From Octopus sinensis (Eukaryota), in assembly GCF_006345805.1 (NCBI RefSeq), contig NC_043009.1, positions 66,030,001-66,094,000 of the forward strand: a stretch of 64,000 bases of DNA. Reading direction: 5' to 3'. Below are positions 1 through 13,543 of this stretch, in pieces; position 1 is the stretch's first letter, and each line of letters begins with the position of its first letter. Both the position numbers and the translations under genes were made by a program. The notes under the pieces are model-generated. The model ran no database searches, was not told the DNA's origin, and saw only the letters and a program-made list of their open reading frames with translations.

Positions 1-454
1 TATATATATTAGATGTTGTTTATTTTTATTAAAACTGAAGATGAGAATCTGTCTTGCTTGAAAATCGCAGTGGCATAAAACCCGAGGGATGGGAGACAAA
101 CTCTCATCTTCAGTTTTAATAGAAAAAAAACTATCCTCTACAACATGTATTGAGCACTCTTTTCTCAATCATCCAAAATTACGCAACATATACATACATA
201 CATACATACATACATACATACATACATACACACATACATATACTCTCACATGCATTTTAGTTCTTCACAATTGTGTGTGTGTGTTTGTCTCAAGTCTGCA
301 CAGAAACAGTTTTTTTGCAGCCATGATATCGTTTATATTTCTCATAAAGAAAATGTCTTGTGACAGTTCGGTGTGCAAAGACATAGAATAAAGTATCATG
401 CTTGACAAGTAGAAGTAAAAATGGTGAGAATCATAAATATACATATTCCTTTTT

Positions 455-620
455 ACTTTTACTTATTCAAGTCATTTGACTGCGGCCATGCTGGAGCACC
501 ACCTTTGGTCGAACACATCGACCCCAGGACTTATTCTTTGTAAGCCAAGAACTTATCTTACCAGTCTCTGTTGCTGAACCGCTAAGTTACAGGGATGTAT
601 ACACACCAACGCACAAACAC
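455..620 (-). mobile_element. SINE family A, 3' part
   Basis: ttcaagtcatttgactgcggccatgctggagcaccacc...gaaccgctaagttacagggatgtatacacacc; same text as the full copies at 4519, 7493 and 54111. Confidence 0.8.
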
Positions 621-809
621 ATACACACACACATTATATATATATATATATATATAATGGTGTCATAATGGTATGAAATGTAATACAGTTAGGTATACAG
701 AGAAATAATAATTATATATTTAATGGTAGGACTATTTCATTCTAAACTTCATGAATATATTGCTTAGCACGCTAACAATTCTGCCAGCTTGCTGCCTTAA
801 AAATAATAA

Positions 810-843
<34 letters not shown>

Positions 844-1175
844 CATTATCATTATTATTATTATGGTATATAATATTAATAAGAATAACAACACTGAACA
901 AAAAATACTAAGATACTGAATAAGATCAATAGTCAGAACTAACAATGTTCCACCCTCACCACCAATACCATCTCTATTGCTGCTGCTAATACTACTACTA
1001 CTACAACCAGCATCACTACCTTCCACTTCACCACCTATCCTCTTCCCCCCCCCCTCACCAATGCTGTTTCACTAAAGCTCAAGGAATATAATCTCTGTAA
1101 TGATATTACAAGAATATTGAAATCTTTGGAATTTCTTATAGCAACTGGCGGATAAAAAGATGTTTATCTTGTATT

Positions 1176-1790
1176 ATGAGGATGGGCAAGGAATTGAGGG
1201 ATGCTGCTGTTGATGATGGTGGTGGTGATGATGATGATGATGATGATGATGGTAATGATTATGATGATGATGGCGATGGTGATGATAATGGGGGTGGTGA
1301 TGATGACAGCGATGATGATGACGGTGATGATGATGATGATGATGATGATGGCGGTGAGGATGATGACAGTGATGATGAGAAGGAGGAGGAGGAATTGTTG
1401 ATGGTGATTGTCTTAGTGATGATAATCATCATTGTGATCATGAACATGAGGAGTTTGTTGGTGGTGGTCATGGTGATGGCATGTGGTTGTTGATCATGTA
1501 CAAATGACGATGATGATGATGGTGAAGGGTATAATGGTGGAAGTGATGATGGCAACGATAATGATGACGATGGCAGTGGATGTTATGGTGGTAGTAATGA
1601 TGATGATGATGATCACAATGATGGCATTAATGGTAATGATGATGATTATGACATATCGATGATAATGACAAAGATCTTGGTTATGATGATAATAATGATG
1701 ATGGCTCATGAGCAGGTATTCCTTAAGTCAGGAATGTCTTTTTGTTGCTGATCTTCTGAGCCATGAAACAAATGATGATGATGATGATGA
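1176..1790. repeat. Compound (GAT/GGT)n trinucleotide microsatellite field
   Basis: Degenerate gat/ggt/gac runs; explains the poly-Asp, poly-Met and poly-Ile ORFs. Confidence 0.9.
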
Positions 1791-1807
1791 AGACTAAATC
1801 TCATGAG

Positions 1808-2010
1808 TTGTTGCTTTGTAGCCCTGAGTTAACCTTCTTCAAGCCAACCTCTGATCACGGTACACCATCCATGACCACCTCACCTTTTTTCAGATGGAGT
1901 GTATCGAGGACTACATTTAGCAAATAGACTTGAGTTTTTAAAAGTTAATAGAGTGTGATTTGAGGGAGATTTGGCAGCTATTTCTAGCAGACCGAACAAC
2001 CAGACCAACA
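1808..2010 (-). mobile_element. Old dispersed SINE-like tail (family C)
   Basis: gagggagatttggcagctatttctagcagaccg; related text at about 14.6k, 36.0k, 39.2k, 41.5k, 43.0k, 45.6k and 60.0k. Confidence 0.6.
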
Positions 2011-2089
2011 TTTCTTTGTTGACCCAATATTTGTGGTTTCTGTTGACATTTATGGTTGATGTTGTTGTTGTTGCAACTACAGCCAATAA

Positions 2090-2310
2090 TAATCCTTTCT
2101 ACTATAGGGACAAGGCCTGAAATTTGGGTGGGGGAGGGGAGTAAGTCGATCACATCGACCCCAGTGCATAACTGGTACTTATTTAATCAACCCCTGAAGA
2201 GATGAAATCCAAAGGTGACCATGGCAGAATTTGAACTCAAAACAGAGTGACGGGCAAAATACCATGAAGCATTTCGTCCAGCCTGCTAACGATTCAGCCA
2301 GCTCACTGCC
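2090..2310 (-). mobile_element. SINE family B, decayed
   Basis: aagtcgatcacatcgaccccagtgcataactggtactt...aatttgaactc; reverse complement of the intact copies at 13544 and 38292. Confidence 0.75.
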
Positions 2311-2739
2311 TTGATAATGTTAGTAATGATGATGATGATGACGATGATGATGACAATGATGCCGATGATGATGACGATTTCAAATTTTGGCTCAAGGCCA
2401 GCAATTTCGTGGGACTGAGTAAGTTGATTACAGTGACCCCGATGCTCAACTGGTTTTATCAACCCTAAAAGGAAAAAAAACAAAATCAACCTCGGCGGAA
2501 TTTGACTGGATGGCCATGGGAGGAATGTTCTTAAGTCAAAGGTCAACTCATTCAGGTCAAACTAAGAAGTGAATAACAAAACAATTTGCTCTGTTTGAGT
2601 CATGTGACATGTTTCATTTCTTGTTTTTGTTTATATTTTTTTTACATTCCAACGCAAAGAAAAATTAACAGGAATTATTATTAAGAACTGATCACAGTAT
2701 CAACCAGACGTTCAGATGTTGTTATACACCCCTGATCAC

Positions 2740-2945
2740 AATGCGCTTCTAATTCTCACTTGATTGCACCATTCTTTCCTACCTTGACCTAAATTGCTTG
2801 CTTGACTAAATCCTCTTCCCATCATTGTGGAGGGCTTCCAAGGGGCCATTTCCAGTCTCTTGGAAACCTCTCGACATCTGCACAGGTCCACCTGTTGTCT
2901 GTGCATCTTTTGCAACATGCCCAGCCCAGCAGAACTTTTTGCTTA
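2740..2945 (-). mobile_element. RTE-clade LINE ORF C-terminal remnant
   Basis: Minus frames give KKFCWAGHVAK followed by a frameshifted R/W/P-rich stretch, resembling the RTE WAGHVAR...GRP..RW tail. Confidence 0.55.
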
Positions 2946-3789
2946 GGAATATACCACAAACAAATCCAAAGGTACAGTTTTCAGCAATGCAAGTACACAT
3001 CATAATTATAAATTCATATTTCTGCAGATTCTTTCTTTGGTTTTTTTTTTTTCTAATAGTCACAAGAATTAACATTGGTATTAACATTGTTGTTGTTGTT
3101 GTTGCTTAAGACTTGAAGGGGGGAGGGTGTTGTTGTTTCTACTAATATTGTTTAAGCCTAAAGAATGTTGTGTTAAACTAACAAGTCTTCTAGTCGTTAA
3201 CTCTGTTGTTGTTTTTGTTATCGTTGTGATGGTTTTCGCTTGAAGGTTTTTGCTGCTATTGTTGTCAAATAATCTCATTAATATTGGTACTGATATTGTT
3301 CAGTATTCAAAATGTTGTTGCTGTTGTTGTTCTTGTTAAAATAACAAATTTTCTCATTGTTAAAACTGTTGTTGTTTTGGCCTTAGGAAAGCTGTTATTG
3401 TTCTTGTTAATTGTTCTAATTGTTACTTAACATTTCTTCAAGTTCTTTGTTTAATAGACTTCATGTATGTGTATGTGTGTGTGTATGTATAATTTTTATT
3501 CTTGCCATTCTTGTTGTTGGTCATATATAAGTACAACTGCAAGAAGAGCCAAGCAATAAAAAAGAAAGTCTTGATTCACATTCACAGGGTGTTGGGTTTC
3601 ATTTCAGTGATTAGCACCTTGGACAAGTATTTCTAACATGTTGGGCTCCCAAGCCTCATTTCTCATTTTGTCCTAGGGTCCTGATACAATATCTTATTAA
3701 TAATTCTGATGCAAGTGCCTCTAAAGGTGCAAGCCAAGCTGGGGCACCACATGGAAGAATTCTAGCCAAATGAATCACCACCAAAAGTT

Positions 3790-4385
3790 TTTAAGACTGG
3801 AATTTATTCTATCAGCCTCGTTTACCGAACCACTAATTTTGCAGGGATGTAAACACACCAACACTGGTTGTCAAGTGATGGCGGAAGGGACACACACACA
3901 CATCTATATATATATTTACAAAGAGCTTCTTTCAGTTTCCGTCTACCAAGTCCACTCACAAGACTTTGGTTGGCCTGAGGCTATAGAAGACACTTGCTCA
4001 AGGTGCCATGCAGTAGGACTGAACCCAGAACCATGTGGTTGGGAAGCAAGCTTCCTACCACACAGCAATACCTGCATCTATATTATTCTTATATTCTTTT
4101 GTTTCAGTCCAAGCTGGAGCACTGCCTTTAATCAAAGATATTGACTTCAGGACTTATTCTTTGTAAGCCTAGTACTTATTCTATCAGTTTCTTTTGCCAA
4201 ATCACTAAGTTACAAGGACATAAACACACCAGCATCGGTTGTCAAGCGATGGCTAAGGGGGGGGGTGAGAACCACACACACACAAAGACACATAAATATA
4301 TACATATATATATACACAACAGGCTTCTTTCAGTTTCTGTTGACCAAATCCACTCACAAGGCTGTGGTCGGCCTGAGGCCTAAAG
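3790..4385 (-). mobile_element. Two stacked SINE family A copies
   Basis: Repeated cttctttcagtttccgtctaccaagtccactcacaag...gaacccagaaccatgtgg head and aaccactaa/acaccagcatcggttgtcaagcg tail. Confidence 0.8.
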
Positions 4386-4518
4386 ATTACAATCAAATAC
4401 ACACGACTAAGGAATACTCAGCCACTTAAACATTAACAGAAAGAGTTAGGCAAATCAGTTGAATGAACAACTAAATTCTCATCATCAAAACGAAGAGGAT
4501 CCATCGTTACATATGTTT

Positions 4519-4910
4519 ACTCTTTTACTCTTTTACTTGTTTCAGTCATTTGACTGCGGCCATGCTGGAGCACCGCCTTTAATCGAGCAACTCGACCCCG
4601 GGAATTATTCTTTTGTAAGCCCAGTACTTATTCTATTGGTCTCTTTTGGTGAACCGCTAAGTAACGGGGATGTAAACACACCAGCATCGGTTGTCAAGCA
4701 ATACTAGTGGGACAAACACACACACATACATATACATATATATACATATATACAACAGGCTTCTTTCAGTTTCCGTCTACCAAATCCACTCACAAGGCTT
4801 TGGTCGGCCCGAGGCTATAGTAGAAGACACTTGCCCAAGGTGCCATGCAGTGGGACTGAACCCGGAACCGTGTGGTAGGTAAACAAGCTATTTACCACAC
4901 AGCCACTCCT
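4519..4910 (-). mobile_element. Full-length tRNA-headed SINE family A
   Basis: Minus-strand head with A/B-box-like text (ggctgtgtggtaaatagc...ccgggttcagtccc), central (TA/CA)n, conserved tail. Confidence 0.85.
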
Positions 4911-5405
4911 GTTGTTTCGTTTTAGATATTTTCTCATCTATTTTTCTCACAAATGTTGTTGTCCTTGTTCCTGTTATTATTGTTTAAGTATTAAAGATTT
5001 GTTGTTGTTGTTTAAGCCTTAATGATGTTATTTCTGTTTAAGTCTTAAAGATATTGTTTAAGCCTTAAAATGTTGTTATTGTTGTTCTTGAAGTTATATT
5101 GTTGATGTTGTTACAGATGAAGTTGTACGGCGGATGTTGTTGCTTAAGAATGTTTAAGAAGTTCGTCATTAAATTTTTGTTTATAAAATCATAATTTCTT
5201 GCTGATTAAGATTTCAAACTTAGCAATATTGGTGGTGGTGGTGTTGTTGTTGCTGCTGTTGTTGTTGTGTAAATCTTGAAATAGATTTTGATGCTGATGT
5301 CAGCCAGTTAGTGTTGTATTAATAACAAGACTATACATGTGTGTGTAGGATGCATGTAGGCATGTATATGTGTATGTATGTATAGACAAACAAGCATATT
5401 TATGC

Positions 5406-5442
<37 letters not shown>

Positions 5443-5761
5443 CGTGTGAAGGTATGTGGCCCAGTGATTAGGTTGTTGCACTCACAATCGCTAGACTGTG
5501 GGTTCAATTCTCTGATTGGGGGGGCAATTAGTCTTCTTGAGCGAAACACTTCACTTCACATCACTAGTCCCCCGTTCATACAGAGAGGTATGTTGGCCAG
5601 TTTGCAATCAAAGTATAACCAGCTGAAATTGCAAAGATAATCTGGAACTTGACAGAGGAAAGAAAACTCCGAATGATCCGTCCTTCATTTTTCTTGTCCC
5701 TTTTATATATCATCTGTCTGGATGTTTTGCGTTCTTGTCCCATTTTTTGTATTCCCTTATA

Positions 5762-5825
<64 letters not shown>

Positions 5826-6192
5826 ATGTATGTATGTATCTATCTATGTATATATAAAAGTTTTGAATAGTACAGCAATGTGCTATAATACAAAAAAATG
5901 GACTATATACCTGCTGAAATTTTGTTATCCATTAAGGAATTTTATTCCAAAATATCATCAGACTATGAATAATTAAAGTACAACAGGTATATAGTCCATA
6001 TTCTGTATAATAGTTATTATAGTGCATTGTTGTACCATTCTACACTTTTTATTCTTTACGAACAATACACAATGCTTCAAGCAAACTACAATACTCTATA
6101 TGTGAGTGTGTGTGTGTGTGTGTGTGTGTATAGTCAATAAAATATATATAAGAAGAGAAGCACACTCTAAAGAATAGAGCAGTGATTATTAC

Positions 6193-6276
6193 AACAGAAA
6201 TTTTAATTCTGGTCATAGAATTAGCAAAGGTTTCGTATTCACAAAAGCCAAAACCTTGTGGACAGCCCATCAGACT
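6193..6276 (-). CDS. Candidate exon or relic with an RRM RNP1 motif (SLMGCPQGFGFCEYETFANSMTRIKISV)
   Basis: 84-nt phase 0-0 open stretch between tag| and |gtaata; GxPxGFGFCEY resembles CSTF2/RBM25 RNP1. The opposite strand is also open, so this is ambiguous. Confidence 0.2.
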
Positions 6277-6329
6277 CTATACATTTTAGATATATATATA
6301 AATATATATATACATACACATTATATATA

Positions 6330-6720
6330 TCATCACCATCATCATCGTTTAACGTCCATTTTCCATGTTGGCATGGGTTGGACAGTTTGACTGGGGTCTG
6401 GGAAGCCAGGAGGCTGCACCTGGCTCAAATCTGATCTGGCAAAGTTTCTACAGCTGGATGCCCTTCCTAATGCCAACCACTCTGAGAGTGTAGCTGGTGC
6501 TTTTTTTACGTACCACTCACATGGAAACCAGTCAAGTCGGCGCTGGCATCGGCCATGCTTGGATGGTGCTTCTTACGAGCCACTGGCACGGGGATCACAA
6601 CTACGATTGCAATTTGATTTGATTTTGATGTATTTGACTCAGTAGGTTTCCTCAAATACGGCATGTTGCCCTAACGATCCAAGGTAATTTTGAGTGGGCT
6701 GGTTATGTGACACTGGTGTT
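6330..6720 (-). mobile_element. RTE LINE 3' UTR copy with (GAT)n tail
   Basis: catcatcatcgtttaacgtcc...cagctggatgcccttcctaatgccaacc; many copies in the window, joined to RT-coding sequence at 49.2-50.2k. Confidence 0.85.
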
Positions 6721-7392
6721 GTGTGGTAAGATGCTTGCTTCCCATCCACATGGTTCTGGGTTCAGCCCCTCTGCGTGACATCTTGGGCAAGTGTCTTCTG
6801 CTATAGCCTTGAGTGAAGCAAAGCCTTATGAGTGCATGGTCAGTTTGATAGCAACTGGTAACCACTGTACCAAGTCTGCTTCATAAAGATGAACAAAATA
6901 TTATTCTGCTTACTAACGATTTTGCCTGCTTACTGCCCTCATGATGATAATGATGATAATAATCATAATAATAATAATAATGATAATAATAACGATAATA
7001 ATAACTATTATTGTTATTATATTTAATACAAGTGAGCAGCAGAGAGAAACTTTAGAGTTTTGACTATAAAACAGGAAATTAAGATGAGGTGGTTATGAAT
7101 GGAATGTCTCTGATCCTGGGTCTGCTCCAGTGGCAACAGAGAAAGCTTAAAACAGACAAACAAACAAACAACAAAGGCATATTCTATTAATTCTGGAAAG
7201 ATAAAAAGCAAAAATGGCCTCTGAATGAAGGGCAACAGATAATCAGCCTGAGGTGTAGAAGAGTCTGGCGCTTTACCGTTTCTGCTACTCCATCAGCTTA
7301 ATGATGAAACTTGCAGAATATAGAAAAGATTTATGATTGGACCATAGCTGAAGGGGTTGATCCCATCAGATTCAGTTACACACACACTTATG

Positions 7393-7424
<32 letters not shown>

Positions 7425-7492
7425 CTAATGTATGTAGATGTTTAACAAGCATATATCTAGATACATAGATACGTAATTTCTTTTATCATTAT

Positions 7493-7898
7493 TACTCTTT
7501 TACTCATTTCAGTCATTTGACTGCGGCCATGCTGGGGCACCGCCTTTAATCGAGCAACTCGACCCCGGGACTTATTCTTTGTAAGCCCAGTACTTATTAT
7601 ATCGGTCTCTTTTGCCGAACCGCTAAGTAACGGGGACATAAACACACCAGCGTTGGTTGTCAGGGGATGCTTGGGGGACAAACACAGACACACAAACACA
7701 CATACACACACACACATATATATATATATATACATATATACGATGGGCTTCTTTCAGTTTCCGTCTACCAAATCCACTCACAAGGCTTTGGTTAGCCCGA
7801 GGCTATAGTAGAAGACAGTTACCCAAGGTGCCACGCAGTGGGACTGAACCCACAACCATGTGGTTGGGAAGCAAGCTTCTTACCATGCAGCCACTCCC
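7493..7898 (-). mobile_element. Full-length SINE family A
   Basis: Colinear with the 4519-4910 and 15636-16045 copies. Confidence 0.85.
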
Positions 7899-8815
7899 AT
7901 GCATATATATACTTTATAATCTGACATGTATGCACACACACACACACACACATACATACACATACCTATACACTAACAAATATCAACTAATGTGTGTGGG
8001 GGTAAGTGTAAAAATATACATATAATTACAGATCTGCTAATAAACCATTATACATACACACACATACACACAGCTACCATTGTGCGTATACACCCTCTTG
8101 AAACAGAAAGTAAAGCAAAACATTGCTTTGTTAGCTTGGATCTCTAACCAAATTGAACTCTCCAGAGCTTCCTCTCTCTCTCTCCTTCTTCTCCTTCTTC
8201 TTCTCTATCTCTCCAAGTGTTATTATTGGAAGCTGCATCACCTTTAAGTGAGGAAACACAAGAAAGACATACAGACAGACAAAGAGAAAATGAAAATCTC
8301 TCTCCCTCACTCTTTCACTCACTCTCTCTCTCACTCTTTCACTCACTCTCTCTCTCTCACTCTTTGTCTCTCTCCTTTCAAGTTGAAACAGCTTTTATTG
8401 AGAAAGATAGAGGAAGAGAAATAGAAAAGCAGAGAGAGAGAGAGAGAGAGAAAGAGCCAGAGAGAAAAGAAAGGCAAAGAGAAAGAGACTAGTGATGATG
8501 CGATGATGAGGCAATGAAGTACTGTAAGGGGTTGGGGCGGTGATGGTGATGTATAGCAATGGTGATGGCGATGGTGTTGGCGTGACGATGAAGCAGTGTT
8601 TGGCAGTGGTGTTTGATGATGTGAGGTGGTAACGCATGATGATGGTGGTGGTGGTGGTGGTGTGGTGGTGGATTTGGTAGTGGCGGTGGCAGCGGCAGTT
8701 TTGGTGCCGTGTAGTAGAAGCGGGAAGGAGGTTTTTGAGGGTGTGACGTAATGGGTGGTGATGGTGGTGGTGATGGTGGTGAGGAGGGGGTGGGGTTGAT
8801 AGGACTGTCTTTCAG

Positions 8816-8924
8816 AAAAGTGGAAAAAAGCAAAGCACAAGAACTAATGAACCGTTTTCGGCATGCCCCAGTGAAGCTGCAAATTTTTCCCAAAGATGAG
8901 AATAATGAACTAAATACTAGCTGA
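8816..8924 (+). CDS. Candidate terminal exon (KVEKSKAQELMNRFRHAPVKLQIFPKDENNELNTS*)
   Basis: gtctttcag| acceptor, then 35 non-repetitive codons to TGA, embedded between microsatellites; protein not recognised. Confidence 0.2.
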
Positions 8925-9299
8925 AAACAAATACTGGAAAACCTTGACAAAAAACAAGACAACCCCCCCCCTACCCACCCACCCACCACAGAGCACCCAT
9001 AGCACCACATCGTACTGCATCACGCCACATTACAACGGACACTTACAAATTGGTTGTTTTGCATAAGTTACCTATCGCTGAACCATTCTAGCGTATTCTA
9101 CCGTTTTGTTGTATTTGCATTCAATGAATGTAATAAGTGATATAGAGAATTAGACGAGAATATTAAACATAATTACAATCTGAAAATATTGGATTGCAAA
9201 AGGAGAAAAAAAATAGAGATAGAAATATTTTTATTAGTTTTTGTGTAACTTTTTTTTTTTAAATCTTTTCATAATATATTTTTTAACAAAAGAAAGACA

Positions 9300-9367
9300 T
9301 TTTTTTTTATGTTTGTATATATATCTGTATGTGATTGTAGGGATGTGTGAGAGAGATGTGCTATGTA

Positions 9368-9440
<73 letters not shown>

Positions 9441-9584
9441 TTCAATGTAAGTATTGAGTATGTTTGTGATATGTATATATATGTATCTTTATGTGTGTAT
9501 ATATATATATATATATAATATATATGTGTGTGTGTAGCTGTGTATTTATGTGTACATGTATTGTTGTGTATATGCATATGTGTG

Positions 9585-9626
<42 letters not shown>

Positions 9627-9774
9627 AAATATGTATGTGTATACATTTACAGGTGTGTAAACATGTATGGAAATATCTATTTATATATTGTGTGTGTGCA
9701 TGTGTGTATGTATATATACATATGTAGGTAAATATCAAGGTTCTGTATATGAATGTATATTATATCTATCTATC

Positions 9775-9805
<31 letters not shown>

Positions 9806-10261
9806 TATATTATATAGGTGTATATCATAGCCATGTATATGTACATGTGAGTGTGTATGTACATGCATACATACATATATTCAGACACTCACACACACAT
9901 ACATTAATGTGTATGTATTTGCATATGCATATAATAATTGCATGCATATATATATAAACATGCATGTATGTATGTATAGTGAGTGTAAATATCTAGTTAT
10001 ACATTTATGATTATTTGTATGTTTATGTAAGTGTGTTTTTGTTTACTTTACTTCACATTTTTATTTATTTATTTTATTTATTTATTTACATATTTCATTG
10101 TTTTTTTCTTCTTTTTTTTCAGTTATTTTATGTTTAATGTAGTGCAACAAAGTTTGAAATTTTTAATTTTCCATCTGTGTGTGCACGTGCATGTATGTAT
10201 ATATATATATATACACCTGTGTCTATATGTCTTTGTGCATACATATACATGAATGTCTGTT

Positions 10262-10311
<50 letters not shown>

Positions 10312-10723
10312 CATATGTGCACGTATGTGTGCATATACATGCGTAAATATATATATATATATATATGAATGTATGCACGTGTGTGTGTGAGTCTATTTAC
10401 TTAATTTATATTAATAATAATATATTTACAATATATTTCTTTGCTATTGTCTCTTAATCTTGTTTTTTGATGTATAATCTTGTGTTATGCAACATTGTTT
10501 AAAGTATTTTTAATTTTAAATATTGGATATTATTTCATTGATGGAAAGAAGAAAACGAAAACCTGATAACAGTATTGACATCCGGGTGTGAGTGCATGCA
10601 TGCGGATGATTTCCTCTGTGCGTGTGTGTGTGCACGTGTACGATGGTATGTAATGATATCTAACTTGTATCACATTAGCTGGTGTGTATGCGTGTGTCAT
10701 GTGGTTATATATGTGTGTGTGTG

Positions 10724-10768
<45 letters not shown>

Positions 10769-11005
10769 ATCTATGTGTACATGGGTAGGTGTATTGTATA
10801 TCAAATGGTTTATTTGTTCTATGTGCATGTGTGTGTGTGTGTGTACATGTGATTATCTCTCTTCTATATCCATTTATTTGTTTTATCGCATATGTGTATA
10901 AGGTGTGTATATGTGTGGTGTGTGTGTAGGTTTGTTTGTTCTGTATGCATCTATATGTATATCTCTCTCTCTCTCTCTCTGAAATATATATAATCCTATG
11001 AGTAT

Positions 11006-11039
<34 letters not shown>

Positions 11040-11221
11040 TAGTCACAGGATTTGTACGTGTGTATGTATATGTATGATGTAGATGTATTTGTGTGTGTGT
11101 CGACATGTGAGTGTTTATGTACATGTATGTGTATCTGGGTGCATGACTACAATATATATAAGTGTGTGTGTGTGTTTTGTATGTATGTCTTACAAAATCT
11201 ATATGTATATGTGTATTTATT

Positions 11222-11255
<34 letters not shown>

Positions 11256-11340
11256 CCAATTGCAACATTTAATATTCTATATCTACATCACATGATTTGA
11301 GATTGATTTGTATGCATGTGTGTGTGTGTGTACATGCCTC
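9300..11340. repeat. Compound (TA)n/(TG)n/(TATG)n microsatellite field
   Basis: Near-continuous dinucleotide runs; source of the YI/CV/HT ORFs. Confidence 0.9.
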
Positions 11341-11734
11341 TATGTTTGTGTTTACATTTATTCGTGAAGAGGTGTGGCAGGTGGTGGTCGTGGTGGGTGC
11401 TCATACTGTATAGCATAGGGAAGCAGACTTGGGTAAGTGGTTAAAGAAGTCACTTAGCAATCACAAGTTCCTCAGTTCAATCCCTCTGCATGGTATCTCG
11501 AGTGAATGTCTTTTTGAAAGCCTTGCACTGGGGCAGGGTGAGCAGTGCGGGAGGTGGGTAAGAATGAAGCCTGGCCTCGTGGCAGAGAATGGGTGGGCAG
11601 AAACTTTTGAAGCACTTCTGTTAATCTGTAGCTGAAATTCAAAGAGTCATCCAGCTTCCTAATGCTGTGTGTGTGTGTACCTTGCAATTAGTTATCAAAT
11701 ATTTTAAACACTGGGTTGCTTACTTTTCCTATTC

Positions 11735-11945
11735 CTGCCAGCCTCCCCTGGCACCTGTGCTGGTGGCACATAAAAATCACCCACTACACTCACGGAGTGG
11801 TTGGCGTTAGGAAGGGCATCCAGCTGTAGAAACACTGCCAGATCAGACTGGAGCCTGGTGCAACCTCCTGGCTTCCCAGACCCCGGTCGAACCATCCTAC
11901 ATGTGCTAGCATGGAAAACGGACATTAAACGATGATGATGATGAT
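11735..11945 (+). mobile_element. RTE LINE 3' UTR copy
   Basis: ggcgttaggaagggcatccagctgtagaaac...ggacattaaacgatgatgatg. Confidence 0.85.
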
Positions 11946-12084
11946 CTTCATCATCATCATCATGGAGGGCACAGATGGTCGAGGAATCAAGAACATGATT
12001 CTAGACCTTGCTTCCACACTTGGAACTTCTCTAGTTCAGGTAGTGATTTAGCTGTAAGAGCAAGGTCATCCCCTCCAACCGAAC

Positions 12085-12804
12085 ATGTTTTGGTTTTTCT
12101 CAAGAGAAGAAAAATTTCTGCCAGGATCAGATGGTGAACAAACAGAACAACCACTGGCTTGCCATGTCCCCAAAATATGTACTGGGAATAATAAGAATCA
12201 AACATCCAGTCATCATGGTGTTTGGAGTGATCACTAGTGATGGCGACGTTATGCCTCCATTCATTTTCCCACACAGCCTCAGACTCATCACAGAGGGCTA
12301 CATCAAGTGTCTGGAGAAGGTACTGCTGCGTGGATCAAAAGGGTGGCTGCTGAAAGGTCCCTATGTCTAGTAACAGAACTCTGCACCATACCACACAAAC
12401 AGGAGAAACCAGTCATGGCTATCAGACAATTTCTGAAATCACATCACCCCTAACATCTGGCCCCCTAACTACCCAGACTGCAACCTCCTTGATTATTATG
12501 TGTGGGGCACAGTTGAGTGAGAGACCAACAAACCCCCTTGTAACACCAAAGATGAACTGAAGGCAAGGATTATGGCAGCATTCACCAACTTAAACAAGGA
12601 GACCATCCAGAAGAGTTCCAGGAGATTCTGAAGTCGTCTGGAGGCCATGGTTGAAGCCAATGGCGATTTTATTGAATAAATTTACTCTTTAGTATTTCAA
12701 GATATTTTTATGTAATTTTGGTAAATATATCCGTTAAAATGTGATGTCAGTGTTATTTTCATTTTTGCGTAATTTAGACAACAATATATTCAATGCACCC
12801 TGTA
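12085..12804 (+). mobile_element. Tc1/mariner maT (DD37D) transposon, 5'-truncated, decayed
   Basis: WFF..EKNF.QDQ..N.QN..W, HP..MVFGVITSDGDVMPPFIF and SPDCNLLDYYVWG motifs; ends caccctg+TA. Confidence 0.85.
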
Positions 12805-13300
12805 TATATATATATATATATCATTGTATAAAGTTTTCTATTCAAGCAAACTGTACAGGGTTGTCTATATAAATGTATCATAGTATAAAGATGTATATAC
12901 AAACACACTGTAAAGAGTTGTATACATATTTACATGTCATTGTATAGAGCTGTCTTACATACATGAACTGTTACTCCACTGCCTATATACACACACCAAT
13001 ATATAAAGCTACACGTACGTTATTGTATAGAGCTGTCCTGTATACATAATATCACTATTCAGCTGTTCATATACACACACCAATATACATACATATATAT
13101 ATATGTGTGTGTATATAGATATATATGTAGAGATATGTATTAACCATTGTATAAAATTCTATGTGCATAGCATTGTATGAATTTGTCTGTGTGCGCATTG
13201 CATTGTGCAAAGCCTGACTAAATACGCATGCGTCTGGTTTGTATTAAGACTGTCATTAACAGCCCCACAGGTCTGCATCGCATTTGTTTCTATTACACAG

Positions 13301-13353
13301 ATTTACAGAAACAAATTGAAAGTATGACAGCAACAGTTCCATTCAGCGAATGA
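13301..13353 (+). CDS. Candidate terminal exon ((D)LQKQIESMTATVPFSE*)
   Basis: Good acceptor catttgtttctattacacag|, open frame to TGA; protein not recognised. Confidence 0.2.
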
Positions 13354-13543
13354 CATCCAACTGAAAGGCTTCCCTGCTTCATCACCCGAACTCGGAAGAA
13401 GAGAAATATCTCACAGAAAATATATATAATCATCACAATGACAACATATAAACTACAAATTTGTAAATGAGGGGTGGCGGTAGTGGTGTAGTGGTGGTGG
13501 TGGTTGTGGGGTGGGTATAGACAATATATGCAAACCTCTTGTA

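Noticed and set aside
1176-1709. Asp-rich, Met-rich and Ile-rich ORFs
   Set aside because: All frames of one (GAT)n microsatellite; no splice or complexity evidence
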